In this document: piece after piece, positions 26,596-40,729 of the stretch
How the letters are laid out: each line of letters starts with the position of its first letter
Numbering within the stretch: position 1 is the stretch's first letter
Position numbers and translations under genes: made by a program
NCBI RefSeq assembly: GCF_000372725.1
Contig: NW_005201144.1
Coordinates: 62,001-126,000 of the forward strand
Length of the DNA stretch: 64,000 nt
Source: Emiliania huxleyi CCMP1516
Taxonomy: Eukaryota
Reading direction: 5' to 3'
The notes under the pieces: model-generated
Seen by the model: the letters and a program-made list of their open reading frames with translations, nothing else
The model's database searches: none
What the model was told of the DNA's origin: nothing

Positions 26596-29500
26596 TCAGA
26601 TGTTGTGGTTGTACTCTTGCCCGCCCTTGACCACCGTGGAGGCTGCGACGCCACCCTTCGGGCCGATCGCCGCGTTTGCCTGTGCGTCGAGTTGCCGGCG
26701 GCGGAGGACACAGAAGATGCAGCTGATGCCGAGGAGGCAAGCTAGGGCCGCACTGAGACTGGCCACCACCAAGAGCACGATTCGGTCAGAGGTTGCCGCC
26801 TCGTCCTCAACCGCCTGAGGAGCCTGCGGGCTGGCAGCGAGAGTCGGCGTCCCGAGGACGCCCGCTGCCTCCCCCATCGCGTTTTCGAGAAAGGACTGCA
26901 GCGCCGCTGGGCTGGTGGCGATGTCGGAGAGGGCCTCACGCACGCGTTCCGCTGCAGCCTCGTCGACAACATCGACGCTCACCGCCGCCGTCACCTCCGC
27001 GGCTCCTTCGCGCTCGGCGCCGCCCCCAAGGGCGAAGGAGACGGCGGCGGCGTCCACGCCGGCCTTCTCAGCGATGGCGCGGCGGATCGCCTCCCGCTGC
27101 GGAGGCGCGAAGTCGGAGATGCGACCCGCGAGCCGGAACAAGAGCGTCACGATCCATGGCGGCGGGAAGAGGGAGGGGGGCGGCGACAGCGCTGGAGGCG
27201 ACGGCGACGGCTTCGAAGGCGACGGCGGCGGCGGCGGCGACGGCGGCGAGAGCGGTGGCGATGGCGGTGACGGCTCTGGCGGCGCTGGCGGCGGCGGCGG
27301 CGGCGACCGAAGCGGTGGCGGCGGTGGAGGCGGAGGTTGAGGAGGAGGCTGAGGCGACGATGCGGGGGGTGGGAACGGCGAGGTTGAAGGTGGCGACGAG
27401 CTCGACGTAGGGGGCGGAGGCGGAGGCGGCGACGGCAGCAGCCCCGGGTCCTGTGTCGAAGGAGGTGTTGGTGAGGTTGGAGGCGACGGCAGCGGCGCAG
27501 AGTGCACGTGCGGCGGCGGCGGCCACGGCCGAGGAGCGCTTGGAGGTGGGGAGAGCTCCGGTCGCGTTGGGTGCGGCAACGGAGGTCGCGGGGGCGCTGG
27601 CAACGACTGCGGCGGTGGCACGGGCGGCGGTGGCACTGGCGGCGGTGGCACTGGCGGCGGCGATGGCGTTGGCGGCTGCGGTGGTGGCTGTGGGGAGGGG
27701 GACGGCGGAGAGGACGGCGGAGAGGGCGGCGGAGAGGGCGGCGGAGAGGGCGGCGGAGAGGGCGGCGGAGAGGGCGGCGGAGAGGGCGGCGGAGAGGGCG
27801 GCGGAGAGGGCGGCGACGGGGCGGGCACCGGGATCGTTGCAGCACACACCATACCCGCCTCCTCCAGCTCAGCCACCGTTCCGCCGAGACCGGGGTAGTA
27901 CGAGTAGCGGCCTCCTGCGTTGCGCAACGCAGCCGTGGCGTGAGGAGGGGAGGGCGCCACGCTGGGAAGATCAGGTGGGGTGGCGTCCACCGGTGAAGCA
28001 GGGCGCGGTGCTTGCGGGTGTGTGCTCATAAACGTCGCCGGGGAAGTAGTGGAGGTAGCGGTCGCAAGAGCCGGCGCTGCGGCGACAGTAGGAACATCGG
28101 CCGCTGCAGCAGCCTCCCTCGCCCTCAATCAGCTCGAAGTTCGAGTTCTTGAAGCTCAGCTGCTTTGCGCAGGGCCCGGCCGCGCACCCACAGCCGCATC
28201 CCAAAGGACACGGCGGCGGAGGAGGGCTCGGCGGCAGAGGGGTAGAGGAGAGGGTCACCTCGAGCAAGCCGCCTGCCGAGCGGCTGCCAACTTGCACAGA
28301 GAGGGGCCACGCGCCACCCTCAGCGCTCAGGTCCAGCTGGACGGAGCTGCCAGGGCCTACGGCGGGCTGCGCGCCGCTCGCCGAGCCTTGCAACGTGTCC
28401 ACCATCGTGCTCAGCCCCACAATGCCGCCCCCACCGGCGGTGGATGAGAAGGAGGCGGACGCTATGACGATGGCAGGCCCGCCGGGGAGGAGTTCGCGCT
28501 GCTCGACCCAAAAGTACCGGCTCGAGATCTCGGTCGCAATGCGCAGTCCCAGCGTCGGGGACGGGCCGAGGACGCCGCTGTCGGTCGGCTGAAGGAGGTA
28601 GGGGCCGCACGGCGTGCAAGCTCCCGGCAGGTTGACCTCGACGATCGAGTCTGGCGGTGTCCAGTCGAGGATGAGCTTCGCCGGCAGCAGGTAGTGCGCG
28701 TCGGGAGTGCGGCCGCGACCCATCACCGTGACTGCCGACCCGTACTCGGAGTACCCCCCCGGCGTTTGCTCGAAGTCATTGTCCGCAAAGGTCGTCTCTG
28801 CGATCTCTCGGCCACGCGCCCCGCCGGTGAAGCGGGCGCCGTGATTGAGGCCGAGATTATGACCCAGCTCGTGAACGAAGGCCGGATCGAGATTCGAAGA
28901 GCTCCCCCGCCGTAGGTTCAGCACGAAGCCCGGCTGGCCTACCCATCCGATGCCAGACCAACCTATCGCGCTGCAGTAGGGCATCACCACAGCGTAAAAG
29001 TCGTAGTCTGTGAAGTCGAGGCCGTAGTCCTGCTCGACTTGCGCAAACGCCCGCATGTCGAGCGCCGACGGGTCAGCCTGGAAGGTGCTGTAGCCCAGCG
29101 GTCCGTCGCGATTGGTGTCCCACTTCCTGCAGTCGGCCTGCGAGTACCCCGCGAGCAGGACGGGCTGCACGATTGTCGCATCGAATTGCAGCAGCCCCCA
29201 CGAGGCGTCAAAAAGATGGCCATTGGCCAAGTCGACGACAGCCTTTAGATATTTGACAACGTCGCCATCGTAGCCGGTAATGTCAAACGAGCACCCGGCG
29301 GCGGGACAGGCTGGAATCACCAGCATGCTCTTGAGGCCGCGAGTATACGTCGGCTCCTGCTGCACGCGACGGCCAGCAACCGCTGACGACGAAACGGACA
29401 TCAGCCGCGTTCCTGTTCCAGCCGCGCCGTGACTGACTACAATGAAGGTGCCGTCCAAAATGAAGCCGTGCACCCACAACCGGTCCGCTGTTGGGATGCT

Positions 29501-29782
29501 CCAACGGTCTCGGACACGGCAGGGGAGGAAGGTGGCGTCCATGTCGGCGGAGACCGCCTCGTGCAAACGCACGCGCATCTCGCCGTTGGAGAACGCCTGT
29601 AGGTCCACCTCACCCGCGTACTCGCACCATTCCTGGCGGCATACTTCAACCACGGCATGGCACAGATTCAGCGCCTCCTCGACGCTGCCGTCCTCGACGA
29701 GTGCCCTCTGCTCAGTTCGGAGTGCCTCGCACGTCTGTGCTGCTGCTGATGTGGCAAAGGCAGCTAGGATGGCGATCATCAT
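26596..29782 (-). CDS. Membrane-anchored M11 (gametolysin-like) zinc metalloprotease with Pro-rich stalk
   Basis: Signal peptide MMIAILAAFATSAAA, zinc motif HELGHNLGLNH, and YSEYGS..TVMG (Met-turn-like), then a Cys-rich segment. A GT-AG intron at ~27991-27915 leads to an (SPPP)n stalk, an SEA-like segment and TM IVLLVVASLSAALACLLGISCIFCVL. The 3' end may include one more small exon. Confidence 0.85.
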
Positions 29783-29980
29783 ACCGCGCTGCTGCCGCTG
29801 ACGTGGCATCCGCCTTTCACGAGGTGGCTCGCATCTCGGCGCGTGCTCTTCTTCTACAGCGAGAACTTCAGCTGGGCTCGCCCGGGCGCGACGGATGTTT
29901 TTCTTTTTATTTGTGTCTGCCCCTTAGAACAAATCTGCGAGGGAGCTATCGGGCGGGTCCGTAAAGGGTCTTGTTATATT

Positions 29981-30017
29981 AAAATGAACTCGCGGGCACG
30001 GGACGCGGCACAAACGA
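29981..30017 (+). repeat. 37-bp dispersed element (second copy inverted at 44583-44619)
   Basis: aaaatgaactcgcgggcacgggacgcggcacaaacga differs by 1 base from the reverse complement of 44583-44619. Confidence 0.85.
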
Positions 30018-30089
30018 CTGTGATCTGTGTGTGTCTGATGAGTGCGTCGAGACGTGGTTTCGTATCACCCACTCACACTCTCACTCAAT

Positions 30090-30356
30090 CGATACCCCCA
30101 CGGTGCCGCCCCAGTGGCAGGCGCCGACGGGCGGTGGGGGAATTGGCACAAGATCGAGGGAGGGGTGAGCCGGGAAGAGGCGGTCGCGCGGTTCCGCACG
30201 GACTTGCTCTCCGACTGGGGGATGATCAGGGCGGTGCGGGCGAACCTTAGGGGAGAGATTCTGGGCTGTTGGTGTGCTCCGAAAGCCTGCCACGCCTATT
30301 CGCTCGCGGAGGTTGCCAACTGCTCCGATGAGCACCTGTGCTGGTTGTGCGGTTGA
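30090..30356 (+). pseudogene. DUF4326-like domain, apparently missing its N-terminus
   Basis: WGNW......SREEAVARF...L.......VRANLRGEILGCWCAPKACHAYSLAEVAN matches the DUF4326 signature WGNP...L.GK.LGCWC.P..CH...L. No in-frame ATG is evident. Confidence 0.7.
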
Positions 30357-31163
30357 GAGGCCTTTAACCTCATTCAGTGCTCGCAGTACTTTTTTTGAGA
30401 GCGCCTTCGTTGTTAATAGTACAAACCCAATGGTCCCTTGCGAGCGGTCCGTCGTTGCAGTCGCACACACTCACACGCCACGCCGCACCGCGCGCCCACC
30501 CGCTGCCCCGCCCAGGCGGGAAAGAGATGAGGAGATGGGACAGCGAAGGAGGAGCCCAAACACGTATGGGAGGGTCCAGTAATGCGTCACGCTGCCCGGC
30601 GTTTCTCACTTTCCGGGACAGCCCCGCCCTTTCGAGGCGGGAAAGTGACGGCTACCCCGTACGCCCTGTCGCATCATACTCCATCGCCGACCGCCCATTC
30701 CCCCCTCCTCGTTCCCCCCTCGAATTCTCCGGACCCCGACAAGCCGCCCGACGTTGTGGGTAGAGTACTTTTTTGCTCGGTCAGTAGTCAGAGCGGTGAC
30801 AGGGGATGGATGGTGGGCGCTTTTGTTGGTACCAGCGCGCCGCGAGCCACCAGCGTTAGGCTGGCTCGTCTGGCGCGTGCCCAGTCTGGATCGTACTTTA
30901 GAAATCGCGCCTCCCTCTCCCTTGCTTGTGGCTGTCGTATCTACTCGTGGCTGTCGAAATCACCGCCGCCGCAGGCGGCGAAGCAAAATTGGGCAGATTT
31001 TCGGGCTGAACCCAGATTTTAAGGCCGCGCAGCGGCGCCAGTGCAAATTTTAGGGCCTGCCGGGGCGCTCCGCATCAAGATTTTGAGGCCCCCGGGCATG
31101 CCTTTCAAATCTTAAATTCGGCGGCCGACCTGTAGTACCCTGTAGCTCCCCGGCCGGGTCGAA

Positions 31164-34523
<3,360 letters not shown>

Positions 34524-34611
34524 GAGGGCCTAGAAGAACCAAGGGGGGCCGCGCCACACCTCACGGCACGAGACCTCGCCCCCCGTTCCCGCCCGGAGGC
34601 GGTCTTTATCG

Positions 34612-34762
34612 AGGAGAGAGGAGAAGAGAAGAGAAGAGAAGAGAAGAGAAGAGAAGGCGGTCGGGGCCGTACTTGCCGTCGACGAGGCGGCGCAGAGATG
34701 AGGAGAAGAGAAGAGGAGAGAGGAGAGGAGAAGAGAAGAGAAGAGAAGAGAAGAGAAGAGAA
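34612..34762. repeat. (GAAGA)n pentanucleotide repeats, two blocks
   Basis: agaagagaagagaag runs at ~34612-34655 and ~34700-34762. Confidence 0.9.
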
Positions 34763-35082
34763 CCCTGAGGTGCAACTCAGGACGAGCCTGGCGTCGGTCA
34801 CGGCGTTGCTTCGTTCCGAAGAGTCGCTCCTCACCACACTATCTTACACTAGGCGGAAGAGGAGGACGAGGCGCGGTCGCGCACGGAGGACGCCGGCGGG
34901 GAGGGCGGCGGAGCCTCAGCGGCAAACGAGGCGCGCCACCCCCCACTGCCTCGTCACGTGCCATGCACGCAGTCCCGCACACCCACTCCCCACCCCCGCC
35001 CCCGTCCTTCCCCGCCCCCGAAGGCGGCGGCAGCCCCGGACCTCGTCGCGATCGAGGATGCGCCGGCGGCGGTGCCCACCGC

Positions 35083-35165
35083 GGGCGTGCGCGGGCGTGG
35101 CGACGCATGAGTATGGTTCAGAGTTTACAACACACCTTGAGTAACATGAACATGTGAGATCATAT
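35083..35165 (+). repeat. ~75-bp dispersed repeat (second copy at 49738-49805)
   Basis: gggcgtgcgcgggcgtggcgacgca.gagtat..tcagagtttacaacac...gtgagatcata occurs at both sites. Confidence 0.8.
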
Positions 35166-35253
35166 AGAATATAAACTTAGAGGCTGCGCAGGCCTCCCCC
35201 GGTAAAGGGGAAGGACCCTGAGTTGAACAGGGGTTGTGCGCCAAGCCCTCCTG

Positions 35254-35902
35254 CTCGGCTCCAGCGAGTAGACAAGTGTTACCATCAACAGAGGAGAAGG
35301 GGATATGACCTCTCAGGGCCGATGTGGCCAAGCGCTGGTAGCGTGGTTTAACCTCACACTCATGGTCTCACAGTGTGCCGGCAGTCGCCGAGCAGTGTCG
35401 CTTACACAAGCGGCAGCACAAGCGACTGAGGGCCACTGAGGGCGAGCCCATCGGTGTGACAGCTATGGCAGCCGCACAGTAGGCTGTGTCAACTGTGCAG
35501 AGCGTGTGAGCAGCAGAGGAGCTGCTCTCCAGGCTTCTGTCGCAAGGAGCTGCATGCCACCGAAAGCGCTGTCGAGGTTCGCCGAGCGCGGCGCAGGTTG
35601 GAGGACACCGTCACCGACGAGCGCGTTGGACTTCGGCTCCAGCCAGTAGACAAGTCTTGTCATCAACAGAGTAATAGAAAGATCTGACCTCAGGGCCGAT
35701 GTGACCAAGCGCTGGTACCGTGGTTTTACCTCCTCCCACCCATGGTCTCACAGTGTGCCGACAGTCGCCGAGCAGTATCGCTCACACAAGCCGCAGCACA
35801 AGTGACTGAGGGCCAGTGAGGGCGAACCCATCGCTGTCACAGCTGTGGCAGCCGCAGTGGGGGCTGTGCCATCTGTGCAGAGCGTGTGAGCAGCAGAGGA
35901 GC
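35254..35902. repeat. Two diverged ~270-bp direct repeats (35254-35522 and ~35632-35902) separated by ~110 bp
   Basis: Shared text: tcggctccagc.agtagacaagt...cagggccgatgtg.ccaagcgctggta...catggtctcacagtgtgccg.cagtcgccgagcagt...ctgtgcagagcgtgtgagcagcagaggagc. Confidence 0.85.
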
Positions 35903-37026
35903 GTGGTTTAAAACTTCTTTTTCTTTCTCTTGTGAATCCGCATATGCGACAGTCTACTGACAGACACTACACTGACTTTACCTCCGCCTCTGGGCCGGCG
36001 CGGGGGGCCCAGAGGGTGTCCATGCGGGGGGGAGATGGGGTCCCATGGCCCGCCGCAGGCGCCGATTTTTCGCGATTTTTTTCTTTTTGGCGATTTTTTA
36101 CTTGTTTTCATGGGAATTCGGCGTACTTGCGGCCATGCTATCACGCCTTGCGACAGCCTGTCGGCGCAGCTGACCGTGCCATGATGCACAATTGATCACC
36201 TGCATAGCTCGCGGCCTTAGTATCAAGCATTCAGTGACGACCTGATCGTACGGCCAGTAGGAAGGTGTCCTTCCATCGTGTGCACGCTTCTGGCGCAATG
36301 CGCGTCACCTCGGATTGGCTGCTGGCACTCTCGAGGCTATGCCTACACAGCCTCGCGCGCATGGGCAGTCAAGAGGGACCACGCACCTTCTCAGGACAGC
36401 GCCGGTGCCTCTCTCTTGGACCGGCAAACGTGGTGGTCTCGTGTCACCAATGTGGGACCAGTGCGGCATCGCGCCATCGACAGCTCTGAACTGCGCCTCA
36501 CCACTGACCGGGAAGGCCGCCAAGTGGGCCAGCACAGGTCGCACATTGTGGCAGCAGTCAGCAGTGCATGTCTGATAGCTAGAGCAGCAGCGTCAGGGCC
36601 GCAGGGTGCGATCGTGTCAAGCCTCTCGCCCGGCCGGCCGCGTGCACACGTCGGCCCCTGTCTGCTGTCTGGAGTGATCTGTCGGCGGTCAGTACGACCG
36701 ATCAGGTCGGAGTTTTCTGATGGTTGGAGGGTCTATCTGTATGTGCTCCTCGAGATCTTTCCAAATCTGCCCTCTGATTAACCTAGCTTAATCGGGAAGT
36801 CGGTGCTAATAGAGACTAATAGAGCCGGGCCCCGTTTCCGCACTGCGGCGCGGCGCACGGTGCCTCCGGGGGCCCCCGCGCCGGCCCAGAGACCTCCGCC
36901 TCCCCGGGCCGCTCTCCTCCTTGTGAAGTAGAGAAACACTTAGAGAAACAGCGCCCGGGCCCCAGCGCCACGGCCCACGCGATCGTGGTGTTGCAGAAAC
37001 TCTCACACCACGACCAGACCCGCGAC

Positions 37027-39505
37027 TCATGTCTTCCAACACGTAAACCCTCCCACCTCGACGTGCGTGTCGCGCGGCGTTGCCCACTCGTCCGTCGCGC
37101 CGCCAAAGAAGAGGGTGAGCAGCAAGCCGAGCGGCTCCGGCGGGCTCGCCACGACAGCGCCGATGAGCGGGCCACTCTGTGGCGGATCGACGACCGCAAC
37201 GGGCTGCTCGTCGACGTAGACCGCGAACCGCCGATCCGCACCGCTGGGGACTGCGGCCGACCGACTAATCACCACAAAGTGCCACCGATCCGGCACCCAA
37301 TGCCAAGTGCCCAGCCGCGTCACGGCGCCAGCGTCGCCGCCGCGAGGGCTCGTGAAGCTGACGTGCCCGCAACCGGCGGCGCGCCACCCGAGGGAGAGGC
37401 GCAGGCCGCTGTCGAGGAAGACGCCCGGCAGAGTCCCCCCGAGGGCCCACTCGAAGCCGCTGGGAAAGCGGAGGGCGTAGCTCACGGCGGAGAGGGCTGC
37501 GGCGTCCGTCCCCGGAGGGAGCCGTGCGTGCGCGCGCACCGCCACCCCCCCAACCTCGAGGCCGGACGCGAGGGTCGCAAATGGGGACCAGCTGCCGCGT
37601 GGCAGGGCGACGCGCAGCCGCTCCGCTGGGGCCACTGAGCAGGGAGCCGCTCCTGCCGCCGCTGCCATCGCCGCCGCCTCCGTCCCGGGCTGGGTCGGCC
37701 CCGCCTTGGGGAGGGACGGCCCATACACGACAGCGCAGTTGCGCATGCCGCGAGTGGTGAGGAGGCGCCAGCCGCCCCCGCCGCCCCAGAGCAAAGGCGG
37801 GGGAACACCCTCTGCGACAGCGGCGCGAGGGGGCGAAGCGCCCACCTCGACCGCCACCGCGACCGCCAGTGCCGGCGTCGGGGGCAAGCCGGTCGCCGTC
37901 GCCGAAGTGCAGAGCAGCGCGGCGAGGCGCAGCCGCGCGTCGAGCGGCGCCGCTGCCTCCGCGACCAGCTCACCTCGCCAGCATAGCGTCTGCACAGACA
38001 GCGCGGCGGAGGCGGTAGGAGGAAGCTGCGCGGCGGCAAAAGCGGCGCCAGCTCCCCCCAGCGAGAGCGACTCGCGTGCGTCGACGGCCCGCAAGCACGC
38101 AATCGCGGCAGCGTCGTCCGAGGCGGCGAGCACGGCCGCAAACTGCCGCTGCAACGCAAGCTCGCGCTTGCAGCGCGAGTAGAGCGCCCGCGTGCGAAGG
38201 AGCTGGAGGCGGTGACCTCGCGAATCGGCGGCGCGGAATGTGGCGTGCCAGTCGGGAGAGCGGCGGTGCGGCACGTCAACGGCGAGGCCGCAGGGGAGGA
38301 CGCGGAAGCGTGGCCGCTGCTGCTCGTGCAGCTGGAGGAAGAAGAAGACCTTGTCGAAGCCGTACCCTCGGAACCGCTCCTCGTAGCGAGGCAGGCGGCG
38401 GCGCGAAGCGAGCACGAACGGCTCGTAGCCCTCCTCAAACTCAACCGCGTACCCAATGCTCTCGCCGTCTCCGCCATCGCCGCCTCCGTCGGTGCATTCG
38501 CCGCTGTCGGCACTCGACCCGTCGCCGGCGTCGCCAGCGGAGGCCACCTCGTCGGCCCAGCGAGACAAGTCAGTCGCGCCGTGGCCCTGCTCATAGTGCA
38601 GAGAGTGGAAGCTGCGCAGCGCGCCCGAGCGCACGCGCTGAGCTACGGCGGCAAGCGGAAGGCAAGCGATCGACACGGAACGTCTGATCGCCTCCGCCTC
38701 GTCCTCGTCCTCGTCCTCTTCCTCGTCCTGCTCCTCCATCGGCTCCGCCCCCGTCGCCTGCTGCAACTGCTCCGCCCCCGTCGCATGCTGCGCCTGCTCC
38801 GCCCCCGTCGCCACCTCGGCCTGCGCCTCCTTGGCCTCCCAATCGAGGCTGATAGCCTGGCGCGCGCCCGTCGAGGACATCTCGACGGCTGGCAGCACCC
38901 ACACCTCTCCCGCCTCGCAGCTAGCAGCGAGGGCGCGGCGGAGCCGGGCCGCGCAGAGCCGCTCGTGCAGCCCTTTGCTCGGCAGCAAGTCGACGTCGAG
39001 CAGGAGGACGAGGTCGGTGCGCGCCGCTTCGAGTGCCGCGTTCCGAAGCGCGTTGATCGGCACGAGCGGCGCGGCGCCGCACGAGCTGCCGCCGCACGAG
39101 CTGCCCCGGCGAGCCGGCCTCAGCAGGGTGAGGTCGAGTCGGCAGCCGCTCCCCTCTCGCTCGAGCTTGGCGTGGAGCGAGGAGAGGCGCGCCCGGGCGC
39201 GCCACGCGGCGGCGGGCCGCCTCGGCAGGAGCACCGCGGCGGACACGACGCCGCTCCACAGCGAGCACTGCGCGGCGAGCCTCTCTATCCGGTCATCCGT
39301 CAGGCAAGTCACGAGCGTGATGTCGGTCGGCGCGCGCCGAAGACGGCTGCGAAGCCACGACCCGTCGCCGCCCGCGCCGCGCGCCGCGACGAGCCTCGCC
39401 TCGCCGAATCGGAAGCGCAGCTCGTACATGGCGAGCGCCTCCGCCTCGCTCGTGTCGCTCGCGAGCGCCGCCCCGACATCAAAGCAGCCCATCGGCTCGA
39501 CTGCC

Positions 39506-39557
<52 letters not shown>

Positions 39558-40600
39558 TGCCACACGCCGCGCGAAGCCTCTCGAGCCTCGCGCGGTCGTA
39601 CAGCGCCTTGATGCTCGGCAGCAGCCGAGGGCCGGGCTCCGCTGCCGCCGGGTCGCCGAGCACGGCCCGCTGCGCGTGCGAGGCCGCGTGGCGCGCGTGA
39701 ACGACGAAGTGCGACGGCACGACTTCAAAGGTGAAGCCGCAGAGCCGCGCCGCCTCCCAGAGCTGGAGGATCTTGTTTCTGCCAAAGCCGGTGAAGCGCT
39801 CGTCGTACGGCGGCACCAGCCGGCGCGAGGCAACGACGAACGGCTCGAACCCCTCCTCGTGCTCGACCGAGTAGGCACCGTCTGTCGCGAGCCACCGCTT
39901 CGAGTCGGTCGCGCGGTGGCCCTGGGGGAAGGTGTCGCCGCAGCGGCCGTCGCTCGCGAAAGTTCGGGCGCGGCCGGCCACGACCGCCGCCGCCAGCGCC
40001 GGCTTGCCCCCGGCTGCGAGTGCCGCGGCCTCACAGGCGTCTGCGCAGCTCTCAAAGGCTGGCAGGACCAGCAGCCGTCGCTCCTCCACGCACCGGCGGC
40101 GCAGCTCGGCCGCGCTCCCCGCGACGGTAGAGTGCAGGCCAGTAGACGGCAGAAAGTCGACGTCGAGGAGCAGGACGAGCTCGGTGGTGGCGAGCCGGAG
40201 CGCAGCGTTTCGTGCCGCGTTGATTGGATAGAGGCCGAGGCCACCGTCCTCGTAGAGGGCGATCGTGCGTCGCACAGGCAACCCGACCCCGACCCCGCAC
40301 GCGCCAATCTCGTCCACTGCCGCCTCGATGCGCCGCCTCGCCTCGCGCACTGCGACATGCTCTCCCGTGGCGCCATCGTAGGCGACGACGGCGGCGGCGA
40401 CTGCGCCGCGCCAGTGAGCTGCCTGAGTGATGAGGCGGCCCAGCCGATCGATGCTGCACTGCGTGACGAGCGTGCAGCTGTCCTCCCCAGCCTCGCCAGT
40501 GTCGTAGGTGCGGACGTGCTTGAGCGGACGGCGAATGGTGATTCGAGCAACTGGCCGTAGCCGCCCCGCGCTCTTCGCGGTGCAACGCAAAGAAGACGCA
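37027..40600 (-). CDS. Tandem GT49 (LARGE/B4GAT1-like glucuronyltransferase) x2 plus C-terminal polysaccharide lyase family 14-like domain
   Basis: An uninterrupted frame carries two copies of TLVT....DR..RL...W.G.., PINA.RNAAL..A.T.LVLLLDVD, PA.E, E.EEG(F/Y)EPFV, P.Y.ERF.G(F/Y)G..K. The C-terminus reads SYALRFPSGFEWALGGTLPG, LRLSLGWR, WHFV, LFFGGATDEWATPRD (PL14 pattern). The true start is not identified. Confidence 0.8.
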
Positions 40601-40729
40601 AGCCAAGATGCTGCGTCATCTTTTTCTTTTTTCTTTTTTCTTTTGGACAAGAAGACGACGAGAGTGACAGCGAGGAGGAGGGGGCCGAGAGCGAACACGA
40701 GGGGAGCGAGGGGCGGATAGCACGATCGA

